Source of the DNA: an uncultured Rhodoluna sp.
GTDB taxonomy: Bacteria; Actinomycetota; Actinomycetes; Actinomycetales; Microbacteriaceae
Reading direction: 5' to 3'
DNA: 64,000 bases
Assembly: GCA_964530255.1 (NCBI GenBank)
Contig: CAZGZW010000001.1
Location: 27,040-91,039, forward strand
The notes under the pieces are model-generated. The model worked only from the letters and a program-made list of their open reading frames with translations. It had not been told where the DNA came from and made no database searches. Of the stretch, positions 9,529 to 21,295 are shown piece by piece. The position numbers and the translations under genes were made by a program. Positions within the stretch are counted from its first letter, which is position 1. Each line of letters opens with the position of its first letter.

Positions 9529-10113
9529 ATGAGCGAAAATACCTACCTAATAGTCGGGCTCGGGAATCCTGGGCCCGACTATTCTGCAAACCGGCACAAT
9601 GTTGGGCAAATGGTGTTAGCTTTACTGGCCGACCGATTAAAGGTCTCGCTCAAGGCGCATAAAGCCAATGCGCAGGTCGCTGAAGCACGCCTATTCCCCG
9701 GTGGCCCAAGGGTGGTTCTAGCAAAATCGAATGGCTACATGAACACCTCAGGGGGACCGGTTGCCAACTTGGCCAAATTTTATTCGGTTGCCCCGGCTAA
9801 CATCATCGTCATTCATGACGAACTTGATATTCCTGCCGCAACTACAAAAATCAAACACGGCGGAGGGCACGGTGGTCACAACGGGCTTCGCGACATAATC
9901 ACCGCGCTTGGCAGTAATGATTTCACTCGCATCAGAGTTGGCATTGGCCGACCACCGGGCCGAATGGAAACTGCCGCTTTCGTGTTGAAAGATTTCTCAG
10001 CTGCTGAGCGAAAAGAATTGCCTGTCACGCTAGAAATTGCTGCGGATGCGGCTGAGGCTGTTGTTAGAGATGGCCTGCTAGCCGCTCAGCAAAAGTTCAA
10101 CTCACCGGAATAG
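9529..10113 (+). CDS. pth: aminoacyl-tRNA hydrolase (peptidyl-tRNA hydrolase)
   Basis: The motif LIVGLGNPGPDYSANRHNVG is present, and the 194-aa size is as expected. Confidence 0.93.
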   Translation: MSENTYLIVGLGNPGPDYSANRHNVGQMVLALLADRLKVSLKAHKANAQVAEARLFPGGPRVVLAKSNGYMNTSGGPVANLAKFYSVAPANIIVIHDELDIPAATTKIKHGGGHGGHNGLRDIITALGSNDFTRIRVGIGRPPGRMETAAFVLKDFSAAERKELPVTLEIAADAAEAVVRDGLLAAQQKFNSPE

Positions 10114-10143
10114 CATCCGGCTCAGGTTGCTTAGACTTACCCT

Positions 10144-13100
10144 GTGAGCGCAATTAACTCTGAGGCCCTGTCGCGCCTTGACGCACTCATTTTAGACACC
10201 TACTCATTTTCCAAAGTAGCGGCTCAACTTAAGAAGAAGCGACTTGACCTGATTGCTCCAACCGGTGCTCAACCCGTTTTGGTTTCAGCCGTAAGTAGCT
10301 TGCTCACAAGTGAAAATGACTGCAATGTGCAACTAATTGTTGTCGCCACAGGTCGTGAAGCGGAAGATTTAGCCGCAGCATTGAGATCACTTAATCCCGA
10401 TGCGGAAATCCTTGAGTTTCCCTCTTGGGAAACTCTCCCTCACGAGCGCCTTAGCCCGAGCCCAGAGACCGTTGGTCGACGGTTGCAGGTGCTGCATCGG
10501 CTCAACGAGTTAAAACAGAATCCGCAAAGCCACGAGGTTTTCGTTTTAGCCTCGGTGCGTGCCGTTTTACAACCTGTGATTGCCCACCTGGCTGATCATC
10601 CGCCGCTTTCGCTTCATCGGGGCCATGAATACAGCTTGATCGAACTGTCGTTGAAGCTGGTTGAGCTCGCGTATTCAAGAGTCGACATGGTTACCAAACG
10701 CGGCGAATTTGCCGCGCGTGGCGGAATTCTCGATATTTTTCCAACCACGGCTGAACATGCGCTGCGCCTTGAATTTTTCGGTGATGAACTAGATGAAATT
10801 CGAGAATTTGCAGTAGCCGATCAGAGATCGATGTCGGTTGAGGCGCCGATTGACTCGGTTGAACTTTATGCCGCCCGAGAAATAATCATCACCCCAAACG
10901 TGGCTTCCAGGGCTCGCGAAATGATGCACGAATTTCCAAATCTTTCGACTATGTTGGCCAAAATTGCCGAAGGAATTCCAGTGGATGGGATGGAGTCGCT
11001 GGCGCCAGTTCTGGTTGACGAGCTCACCACATTTGTTGATTACCTTCCTGAATCTGCCCTGGTCACCCTGCTCGCTCCTGAGAAATCAGCGGCTAGGGCG
11101 GCGAATCTGGTTGAAACCAATGACGAGTTTCTGCACGCGGCATGGGATGCCGCAACCGAAGGTGCAAATGCGCCGATTGATCTCTCGCAGGGAAGCTTTT
11201 TCGATTTCAATCACCTCAAATCGCGTCTTGGAAACCGCACTTTGATGACGATTTCACAGTTTGGCTCTGACGATGACACGCTAATTAACCTCGGCTATTT
11301 CGAAATTCCTAATTTCAAGGGGCTTGACCTCACTGTCAACGAGTGGTTGTCTGACGCGATCAAAGAAGGCCGACGCGTTGTGGTCGTAGCTGAAGGTCAC
11401 GGAACGGCACAGCGACTAGGTGAACAGTTTGCCGCCGCCGGCATTCAGGCTGATATTGAGCAGGGGTCGTTGCGCAGCGGATTTGTCGCTCCGGATGCGC
11501 AATTAGTAGTGATTACAGAAGCTGAGTACTACGGTAAACACAGCGCTTACGTCAGCCCTCAGGTTAGAAAACTCGCCACCAAACGTGGTCAGGCGGTAGA
11601 CCCACTCAGCCTCAAACAGGGCGATTATGTGGTTCACGAGATTCATGGAATCGGCAGATTTGTTGAGTTGACTACGAGAGAAACCGGCATCGGAAAACAT
11701 CGTCACCAGCGTGAATTTTTGCTGATTGAGTATGCACCGTCAAAGCGTGGTTACCCGGGGGACACCCTGTTTGTGCCAACCGATCAACTAGATATGCTGA
11801 CCAAGTACGTCGGTGGCGAGGCTCCAGTTCTAAGCAAAATGGGTGGCAGTGATTGGGCAAGAGTTAAGGGAAATGCACGCAAGGCAGTTCGCAAAATCGC
11901 AATCGATTTGGTGAAGCTTTACAGCGCCCGTATGAAAACAAAAGGCCACGCATTCGGCCCTGATACTCCTTGGCAACACGAGCTAGAAGAAGCCTTCGCC
12001 TTTGTTGAAACCCCAGATCAAATGACCACAATCGACGAAGTCAAACGCGACATGGAACGCGAAATTCCAATGGATCGATTGCTAGCCGGCGATGTTGGGT
12101 ACGGGAAAACCGAAGTGGCCGTCAGGGCTGCCTTCAAGGCAATTCAAGATGGAAAACAGGTAGCCATGTTGGTGCCGACCACCTTGCTGGTTCGTCAGCA
12201 CACCGACACTTTTGAATCACGGTTTGCAGGTTTTCCGGTCAAGGTTCGTTCGCTCAGCCGTTTCCAAACTGAGAAAGAAGTAAAAGAGACTATTGCCGGG
12301 CTGGCTACCGGAGAAATCGACATGGTTATCGGCACGCACCGCTTACTTTCGGGGCAGGTTAAGTTTCGACAATTAGGCCTGGTGATAATCGATGAAGAGC
12401 AGCGATTTGGTGTTGAACACAAAGAGAAACTCAAAGACCTAAAGCACAACGTCGACGTTCTGGCAATGTCAGCAACGCCAATTCCAAGAACACTGGAGAT
12501 GGCAATCACCGGAATTCGCGAGATGTCTACCCTGGCAACTCCGCCCGAAGAGCGTCATCCAATTTTGACCTACATCGGTGGTTACAGTGAAAAACAGGTC
12601 GCTGCCGCGATCCGCCGAGAACTAATTCGTGAAGGCCAGGTGTTCTTCGTTCACAACCGGGTGAGCACCATCGAGAAAGTGGCTAATGACCTAGCCGAGC
12701 TGGTGCCTGAGGCAAGAATTGCAGTTGCTCATGGTCAGATGGGTGAGGCAGCCCTTGAGCAGGTGGTTGTCGACTTCTGGGAAAAGAAATTCGACGTCTT
12801 AGTGTCAACCACAATTATTGAGACCGGCATTGACATCCCTAACGCCAACACCTTGATAGTTGACCGGGCAGAGAACTTCGGACTTAGTCAGTTACATCAG
12901 ATTAGAGGCCGAGTAGGTAGAAGCAGAGAGCGAGCCTACGCCTACTTTTTCTACGACCCGACAAAACCGCTCAGTGAAACTGCGCATGACCGTCTGGCCA
13001 CCATCGCTCAAAATAACGAGCTCGGTGGGGGAATGCAGATCGCTCTCAAAGATCTCGAAATTCGAGGGGCAGGCAATCTTTTGGGTGGAGAGCAGTCTGG

Positions 13101-13662
13101 GCACATAGCTGGGGTCGGTTTCGATTTGTATCTTCGGATGATTGGCGAGGCGGTATCTGAGTTCAAAGGTGAAAAACAAGACTCGCCCGCTGAATTGAAA
13201 CTTGAGTTGCCAATTGACGCCCACATACCAAACACATATGTAGACAGTGAGAGGCTGAGGCTAGAGGCCTATCACAAGCTCTCGGCGGCCTCGGGCGAGA
13301 AGGGTACGCGAAAGCTGCTTGACGCCATTTTGGCAGAACTTGAAGACCGTTACGGTGCTGCTCCAGATTCGGTTAAGAACTTGATTGACGTCACAGAGTT
13401 GCGCCAGCAGGCAAATCGGCTTGGTTTGAAAGACTTCAACGTGCTCGGCTTACAGGCTAAGTTGCAGCCAGTTGAGCTAACTGAAGAGCAGCAGGTTCAG
13501 CTCTCTCACCTATTTCCAGGGCTGAAATATCTTCAATCTGCAAAGACCCTGATGGTTCCTGCCCCTAGAGACGAAAATTTCGAGCCGATTCGCGATCGTG
13601 CCGTTATTGATTGGGCTTGGGCCTTTCTGGCCAGGGTCTTCCCGCCAAGCTCACCAGCCTAA
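10144..13662 (+). CDS. mfd: transcription-repair coupling factor
   Basis: The protein is 1172 aa. It has an SF2 helicase Walker A (GDVGYGKTEVA) and a DEEQ box (IIDEEQRFG). A C-terminal TRCF domain is present. Confidence 0.95.
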   Translation: MSAINSEALSRLDALILDTYSFSKVAAQLKKKRLDLIAPTGAQPVLVSAVSSLLTSENDCNVQLIVVATGREAEDLAAALRSLNPDAEILEFPSWETLPHERLSPSPETVGRRLQVLHRLNELKQNPQSHEVFVLASVRAVLQPVIAHLADHPPLSLHRGHEYSLIELSLKLVELAYSRVDMVTKRGEFAARGGILDIFPTTAEHALRLEFFGDELDEIREFAVADQRSMSVEAPIDSVELYAAREIIITPNVASRAREMMHEFPNLSTMLAKIAEGIPVDGMESLAPVLVDELTTFVDYLPESALVTLLAPEKSAARAANLVETNDEFLHAAWDAATEGANAPIDLSQGSFFDFNHLKSRLGNRTLMTISQFGSDDDTLINLGYFEIPNFKGLDLTVNEWLSDAIKEGRRVVVVAEGHGTAQRLGEQFAAAGIQADIEQGSLRSGFVAPDAQLVVITEAEYYGKHSAYVSPQVRKLATKRGQAVDPLSLKQGDYVVHEIHGIGRFVELTTRETGIGKHRHQREFLLIEYAPSKRGYPGDTLFVPTDQLDMLTKYVGGEAPVLSKMGGSDWARVKGNARKAVRKIAIDLVKLYSARMKTKGHAFGPDTPWQHELEEAFAFVETPDQMTTIDEVKRDMEREIPMDRLLAGDVGYGKTEVAVRAAFKAIQDGKQVAMLVPTTLLVRQHTDTFESRFAGFPVKVRSLSRFQTEKEVKETIAGLATGEIDMVIGTHRLLSGQVKFRQLGLVIIDEEQRFGVEHKEKLKDLKHNVDVLAMSATPIPRTLEMAITGIREMSTLATPPEERHPILTYIGGYSEKQVAAAIRRELIREGQVFFVHNRVSTIEKVANDLAELVPEARIAVAHGQMGEAALEQVVVDFWEKKFDVLVSTTIIETGIDIPNANTLIVDRAENFGLSQLHQIRGRVGRSRERAYAYFFYDPTKPLSETAHDRLATIAQNNELGGGMQIALKDLEIRGAGNLLGGEQSGHIAGVGFDLYLRMIGEAVSEFKGEKQDSPAELKLELPIDAHIPNTYVDSERLRLEAYHKLSAASGEKGTRKLLDAILAELEDRYGAAPDSVKNLIDVTELRQQANRLGLKDFNVLGLQAKLQPVELTEEQQVQLSHLFPGLKYLQSAKTLMVPAPRDENFEPIRDRAVIDWAWAFLARVFPPSSPA

Positions 13663-13671
13663 ACTTGTGGC

Positions 13672-14379
13672 ATGACCAAACTCGAAGAGCTAATCGATGT
13701 AGCCCACCGTCTGCGAGCGCCCGGTGGTTGCCCTTGGGATGCTGAGCAGACTCATGAATCCCTAATGAAGTATCTGCTTGAAGAGGCTTATGAACTAATC
13801 GACGCTATTGAGTCAGGTTCCCGCGAAGAAGTTATCGAAGAACTTGGCGATGTGCTCTATCAGGTCATTTTTCACAGCGACCTTGCTGCGCAAGGATCGC
13901 TAGGTGAACCGTTTGATATTGAGTCCGTGGCGGAAGTGTCTGCCAAGAAAATGATTGGTCGCCACCCGCACGTCTTTGGAACAGCAGAAGAGCTTGAAAA
14001 ATACGCTGCCACCACCGGCGATGAGGTAATGCAGAACTGGGATGCTCACAAAAAACGAGAAAAGCCAGAGCGTGACAGCATCCTTGACGGCATGCCGCTC
14101 AATCTTCCGGCTTTGGCACTAGCTGACAAAGTAATTGGTAAGGCTGAGAAGATAAATCTCCTCGATGCAGACGCTCCGGGGCCGTTCACGGTGACCAACC
14201 AAGATGAAGTCGGCGCAATTCTGCTTGCAGTTGTCTCTTCTGCTCGTTCTGCAGGAATTGACCCGGAACAGGCGCTTCGCGGCGCAGTTCGTGAGTTGAT
14301 GGTTGAAATTCGCGAGGCAGAACTCGCTGATGCTCAGGATGCAGGAGTGGTAGCAATTTCAGCAGAGGAAACATTTTGA
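13672..14379 (+). CDS. mazG: MazG family nucleoside triphosphate pyrophosphohydrolase
   Basis: The EExxE-type motif LLEEAYELIDAIE is present. The position after mfd is conserved. Confidence 0.85.
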   Translation: MTKLEELIDVAHRLRAPGGCPWDAEQTHESLMKYLLEEAYELIDAIESGSREEVIEELGDVLYQVIFHSDLAAQGSLGEPFDIESVAEVSAKKMIGRHPHVFGTAEELEKYAATTGDEVMQNWDAHKKREKPERDSILDGMPLNLPALALADKVIGKAEKINLLDADAPGPFTVTNQDEVGAILLAVVSSARSAGIDPEQALRGAVRELMVEIREAELADAQDAGVVAISAEETF

Positions 14380-14582
14380 GCGAGAAAATTACCGGCCCCA
14401 AAAGCTACTTCCCATCAATTGAGAAAAAGTATGGCAAGCCAATTTCGTTTTGGATGGATGCCCTTGCTGCGGTTTCTCATGAGAGCCACATGCAGCAGGT
14501 TGCATTTCTAAAGGAGCAGTTCGCCATGGGGCACGGGCATGCAAACGCGATTGTTGCGGTTTACCGCGCCGAAAAACTCTAG
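14376..14582 (+). CDS. DUF4287 domain-containing small protein
   Basis: The 68-aa sequence KSYFPSIEKKYGKP...GHGHANAIV matches my recollection of the DUF4287 family. The TTG start overlaps the mazG stop. Confidence 0.55.
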   Translation: MSEKITGPKSYFPSIEKKYGKPISFWMDALAAVSHESHMQQVAFLKEQFAMGHGHANAIVAVYRAEKL

Positions 14583-14593
14583 ATCATCACTAC

Positions 14594-14608
14594 TGTGACA
14601 ATATTGTC
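14594..14608 (+). promoter_or_regulatory. candidate extended -10 (TGTGACAAT) embedded in a perfect 12-bp palindrome, GACAATATTGTC, 2 nt before the hisS ATG
   Basis: The palindrome spans 14597-14608. No Shine-Dalgarno sequence lies between it and ATG 14611. The spacing fits a leaderless transcript. Confidence 0.3.
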
Positions 14609-14610
14609 CA

Positions 14611-17186
<2,576 letters not shown>

Positions 17187-17213
17187 TCCGCTTTAGCGAC
17201 TTAGTCTTAAAAA

Positions 17214-17699
17214 ATGAATCGCCCCGCAAAGCCAGCAACTGCCTCCTCGGTGACTGCTGCTCTGCGGGGCTTCAACTTCAATGCGGTCACCTTGACGGTT
17301 CTAGTCATGATCGTTATCGGAGTAATGACCTTGGCACCGAGAGTGCAAACCTGGTTTGTTCAGCGGCAGGCCATCCTCGAGGCCCAGTCTCAACTCGATG
17401 CGGCAAAAAAAGCAGTGGCTGAAATGCAAGTAGAGCGAAAGCGGTGGGAAGACCCTGCGTACATAAAATCTCAGGCTCGTGACCGTCTCTACTATGTAAT
17501 GCCTGGTGAAGTTTCATTCCTGGTAATGGATGCTGACAGTGTGGATGTCTCTGACACCTCAGGCACGGTGGGGGAGATGCTCGCTGAAAAACGGAACACC
17601 ACTGAAATTACAGACTCAATTCGAGAGACCAAATCAAACTGGGTCGATGCGGTCATCGAAACCGTAGTACGCGCCGGTGTAGAGCAACCGACGGAGTAA
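17214..17699 (+). CDS. septum formation initiator family protein (FtsB/DivIC-like)
   Basis: It has a single N-terminal TM helix followed by a coiled coil. The position after eno is conserved in actinobacteria. Confidence 0.7.
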   Translation: MNRPAKPATASSVTAALRGFNFNAVTLTVLVMIVIGVMTLAPRVQTWFVQRQAILEAQSQLDAAKKAVAEMQVERKRWEDPAYIKSQARDRLYYVMPGEVSFLVMDADSVDVSDTSGTVGEMLAEKRNTTEITDSIRETKSNWVDAVIETVVRAGVEQPTE

Positions 17700-17701
17700 A
17701 C

Positions 17702-18205
17702 ATGCCGCTTACCGAAGTAACCGAAGCTGATCTAGCTGAGGTTTCTCGACAGCTGGGTAGGCCAGCACGAGATATTTTTGCAATCGCCGCTCGTTGTGTC
17801 TGCGGAAAGCCAACGGTAGTTCACACAGCTCCGCGGCTAACCGATGGCACACCATTTCCAACCACCTATTACCTCACCCATAAGGGTGCTACCGCGGCAA
17901 TATCTGGGCTAGAGGCTTCTGGCTTTATGGCTCAGTTGCAAGATCGGCTCCATTCTGATCCTGAACTTCAGGTCAGTTATCAGGCCGCCCATGCCGCCTA
18001 CATGGCAGATCGGGATGCCATCGCAAAAACCTTAAAACTTGAAGTTCCAGAAATAAACGGAATTTCAGCCGGAGGCATGCCCACTCGAGTGAAATGTCTG
18101 CACGCACTTATCGGGCATTCACTGGCTGCTGGTCCCGGCGTGAATCCAATCGGCGACCTTGCTCTAGAGGCTTGCAGTTGGAGCCCCTCAGTTTGCGCCT
18201 GCTAA
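17702..18205 (+). CDS. DUF501 domain-containing protein
   Basis: The position after ftsB-like is conserved. Cys-containing motifs (CVCGKPTVVHT, VKCLHALIGH) are typical of the family as I recall it. Confidence 0.7.
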   Translation: MPLTEVTEADLAEVSRQLGRPARDIFAIAARCVCGKPTVVHTAPRLTDGTPFPTTYYLTHKGATAAISGLEASGFMAQLQDRLHSDPELQVSYQAAHAAYMADRDAIAKTLKLEVPEINGISAGGMPTRVKCLHALIGHSLAAGPGVNPIGDLALEACSWSPSVCAC

Positions 18206-18245
18206 ACGCAAATTATCAATCAAGTAAAGGTAGTAAATTAGAACA

Positions 18246-19592
18246 ATGCCTGCAAACACAAAGGGCGCTAGCGCGCCAAAGATTCTTATTGTCGGTGGCG
18301 GTTACGCCGGTTTTTACACCGCTTTCAAGCTAGAGAAGCTTCTCGCAAAAGGCGAAGCAGAGGTCACCATGGTCGACCCGCTGCCTTACCTTACTTACCA
18401 GCCATTTTTACCTGAAGTAGTAGCTGGTTCTATCGAAGCTCGCCACGTTGTCACCTCACACCGTCGTCACCTGAAGCGAACCAATGTAATTACCGGCAAG
18501 GTCACCAATGTTGATCACAAGAAGAAGACTGCAACCATTGAGGTTCCCGGGGCCAAGCCGTTCAAACAGCAGTACGACCACATTGTGGTTACCGCCGGCG
18601 CCGTTTCGCGCACCTTCCCAATTCCAGGAGTTGCAGATGAGGCAATTGGCCTCAAGACCATCGAGGAAGCTGTTGAAATTCGTAACAGAATTCTGACGAA
18701 CCTCGACAAGGCAGCGAACCTACCCGCTGGTGCAGCACGTGCCAGACTGCTTACCTTTGTTGTAGTAGGTGGCGGTTTTGCCGGAATTGAAACCTTTGCA
18801 GAAATGCGTTCGTTGGTCAGCTACATGCTTCGCTACTACCCAAACATCACATTCGAAGAGACCAAGTTTCACCTCATTGAGGCAATGGGTCGAATCATGC
18901 CTGAAGTTAGTCTCGAAACCAGCGAGTGGGTGCTGGCAAATCTTGACCAGCGCGGTGCCAAAGTTCACCTAAATACCCAGCTTCAATCGGCTCTCGGCGG
19001 AAAGATTGAGTTATCAACCGGCGAAAGCTTTGAGTCAGACGTCATCGTATGGACCGCCGGAGTTATGGCCCATCCGTTTGTTCGCAACACTGACTTGCCC
19101 CTAGATGACCGTGGCCGCATCACAGCACATCCGAGCCTGCGGGTTATCAACGGAGAAGAGATTGTTGAAGGTGCCTGGACTGCGGGTGACGTATCTGCAG
19201 TTCCTGATCTATCAGGTGGTGGAGTCGGCGGTTTCTGTGTTCCAAATGCTCAGCACGCGGTGCGTCAGGGCAAACTAATGGCTAAAAACCTAGTTGCTGC
19301 TCTTCGTGGCGAGGGAATCAAAGATTACTACCACGAGAACATGGGTGCGGTCGCAGGGTTAGGCATCGGCGTGGGTGTTTTCCAGTACAAAAAACTCGCA
19401 GTCAAGGGTTTGCTGGCCTGGTTCATGCACCGTGGCTATCACGGCCTAGCAATGCCAATGTGGGAACGCAAAATTCGTGTTTTCGCAGGTTGGGTTTGGA
19501 ACTTTTTGCTCCGACGCGACATCGTTTCAATTGAAGCAACCAAGTCACCTCGTTTGGCATTCGAGACCTACGCTGCACGACCTAAGAAGTAG
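18246..19592 (+). CDS. ndh: type II NADH dehydrogenase (NAD(P)/FAD-dependent oxidoreductase)
   Basis: Two Rossmann GxGxxG motifs are present (ILIVGGGYAGF, VVVGGGFAGIE). The 448-aa size fits. Confidence 0.87.
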   Translation: MPANTKGASAPKILIVGGGYAGFYTAFKLEKLLAKGEAEVTMVDPLPYLTYQPFLPEVVAGSIEARHVVTSHRRHLKRTNVITGKVTNVDHKKKTATIEVPGAKPFKQQYDHIVVTAGAVSRTFPIPGVADEAIGLKTIEEAVEIRNRILTNLDKAANLPAGAARARLLTFVVVGGGFAGIETFAEMRSLVSYMLRYYPNITFEETKFHLIEAMGRIMPEVSLETSEWVLANLDQRGAKVHLNTQLQSALGGKIELSTGESFESDVIVWTAGVMAHPFVRNTDLPLDDRGRITAHPSLRVINGEEIVEGAWTAGDVSAVPDLSGGGVGGFCVPNAQHAVRQGKLMAKNLVAALRGEGIKDYYHENMGAVAGLGIGVGVFQYKKLAVKGLLAWFMHRGYHGLAMPMWERKIRVFAGWVWNFLLRRDIVSIEATKSPRLAFETYAARPKK

Positions 19593-19609
19593 CAAATAAA
19601 AATTGGATG

Positions 19610-19632
19610 CGGGCACACTCAGTGCCCGTTTT
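19610..19632 (+). terminator. intrinsic terminator of ndh
   Basis: A 7-bp stem CGGGCAC/GTGCCCG has the loop ACTCA. It is followed by TTTTC. Confidence 0.7.
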
Positions 19633-19653
19633 CATAGGCGCTCTAGGGCGCCT

Positions 19654-19726
19654 GCCCCGTTAGCCCAATGGCAGAGGCAGACGACTTAAAATCGTCACAG
19701 TGTCGGTTCGAGTCCGACACGGGGCA
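19654..19726 (+). tRNA. tRNA with anticodon TAA (Leu by anticodon) but class I (short variable loop) architecture
   Basis: Hand fold. Acceptor GCCCCGT/ACGGGGC. D arm GCCC-AATGGCAG-AGGC (one C.A mismatch). Anticodon arm GACGA-CTTAAAA-TCGTC. Variable loop ACAGT. T arm GTCGG-TTCGAGT-CCGAC. Discriminator A. No encoded CCA. Confidence 0.72.
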
Positions 19727-19800
19727 CAATCCATTCTCGCTGTCTGAATGTTTGCTGAATCCAGCCTGTTTTTGGGTGGCTAACGCTTAACATTGTCGCT

Positions 19801-20370
19801 ATGGACATCACCCTAGTAATCGTTATTGCAGTTGTTGCCATTATCGGCATTTATCTTTGGTCTACCTACAACGGCCTAGTTCGTCTCAACGTCAGGGTTG
19901 ATGAAGCCTGGAGAGACATCACAGTCCAGCTGAAACGTCGAGCCGACCTGATTCCGACTTTGGTAGAAACCGTTAAGGGTTATGCCACACATGAACGTGA
20001 AGTTTTTGATGCGGTTACCAAAGCTAGAGCATCCACCATCGCTCCAGAAAACCTGGCTCACCCTGCGGCTGCCGCACAAGCCGAAAATGGCTTCCACAGT
20101 GCCCTGAAGTCACTATTTGCAGTTGCAGAGGCCTACCCTCAGCTGCAAGCCAGCCAGAACTTTTTGGGTCTGCAGCAGGAGCTAAGTGACACCGAAGACA
20201 AAATTATGGCAGCACGGCGTTTTTACAACGGTGGAGTGCGCGAGATTAATACCAAAATCAAGCAATTCCCACAGACTCTTTTTGTACGGTCTCTCGGGTT
20301 TAAAGAGCGAGAGTTTTTTGAGGTTGCCGATCTGGCTGCGATTTCAGAACCACCTCAGGTCAAGTTCTAA
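19801..20370 (+). CDS. LemA family protein
   Basis: It has an N-terminal TM helix. The motifs YNGLVRLNVRVDEAW and RRFYNGGVREINTKI are typical of LemA. Confidence 0.85.
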   Translation: MDITLVIVIAVVAIIGIYLWSTYNGLVRLNVRVDEAWRDITVQLKRRADLIPTLVETVKGYATHEREVFDAVTKARASTIAPENLAHPAAAAQAENGFHSALKSLFAVAEAYPQLQASQNFLGLQQELSDTEDKIMAARRFYNGGVREINTKIKQFPQTLFVRSLGFKEREFFEVADLAAISEPPQVKF

Positions 20371-20384
20371 ACAGAGGTTAGAAA

Positions 20385-21275
20385 ATGTATTCGGCTATCG
20401 CCGCCAATAAGCGCAACACAGTGGTCATTATTGCCGGCTTTGTACTGCTGATTGGGGCCCTTGCCTATTGGTGGGGCGAGGCCAGCGGTAATGGCTCGTC
20501 GGCCTGGTTTATTATCGGCTTCGTTGCCCTCTATGCACTCTTCCAGTATTACGTTGCGGGTTCGCTGGCAGTGGCTATGAGTGGAGCGGTTCCAATTGAA
20601 AAATCGGATAACCCGAGGCTTTGGCGAATTGTAGAAAATCTGGCCATCACCGAGGGTATGCCGATGCCCAAGGTTTATGTAATTCCAGATGAAGCACCCA
20701 ACGCGTTTGCCACCGGACGCGACCCCAAGCATGCCATCGTTGCGGCGACAACCGGATTGCTGGCAATCATGGACGATAAAGAACTTGAAGGGGTCATGGC
20801 GCATGAGCTCGGTCACGTCAAAAATTACGATATTCGGGTATCGACCATCGTTTTTGGCCTAGTCAGTGCAATCGGAATTCTCGCCGATATGGCGATTAGA
20901 GCTGCATTTTTCTCGGGCGCTTCGGATCGTCGCAATAACGATAATGGCCTCGGCATCGCACTTATCCTGATTGGGGTTGTGGCGAGCGTAGTGGCCTGGC
21001 TGATCGGCCCCCTAGTGTCGGCAGCCGTTTCTAGGCAACGTGAATATTTGGCTGATGCAACCGGCGCGCACACCACCAGGTACCCTGAAGGGCTTGCCAG
21101 CGCTCTAGAAAAACTGGGCCAGTACGGAAGGCCAATGAGGCGGGCGAGCTCGTCAATGGCGCACATGTACATCAACGATCCAATCAAGCCAGGAGTGGTA
21201 GAGCGCCTGTTTTCTACTCACCCACCAATTCCTGACCGCGTGGCACGACTACGACAAATCGGTTCTAGCTTTTAG
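20385..21275 (+). CDS. htpX: zinc metalloprotease HtpX (M48 family)
   Basis: The HEXXH motif (HELGHVKN) is present and the protein is multi-TM. A downstream glutamate (REYLAD) is present. Confidence 0.9.
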   Translation: MYSAIAANKRNTVVIIAGFVLLIGALAYWWGEASGNGSSAWFIIGFVALYALFQYYVAGSLAVAMSGAVPIEKSDNPRLWRIVENLAITEGMPMPKVYVIPDEAPNAFATGRDPKHAIVAATTGLLAIMDDKELEGVMAHELGHVKNYDIRVSTIVFGLVSAIGILADMAIRAAFFSGASDRRNNDNGLGIALILIGVVASVVAWLIGPLVSAAVSRQREYLADATGAHTTRYPEGLASALEKLGQYGRPMRRASSSMAHMYINDPIKPGVVERLFSTHPPIPDRVARLRQIGSSF

Positions 21276-21295
21276 CCTGACTAAACTTTTGTCTT

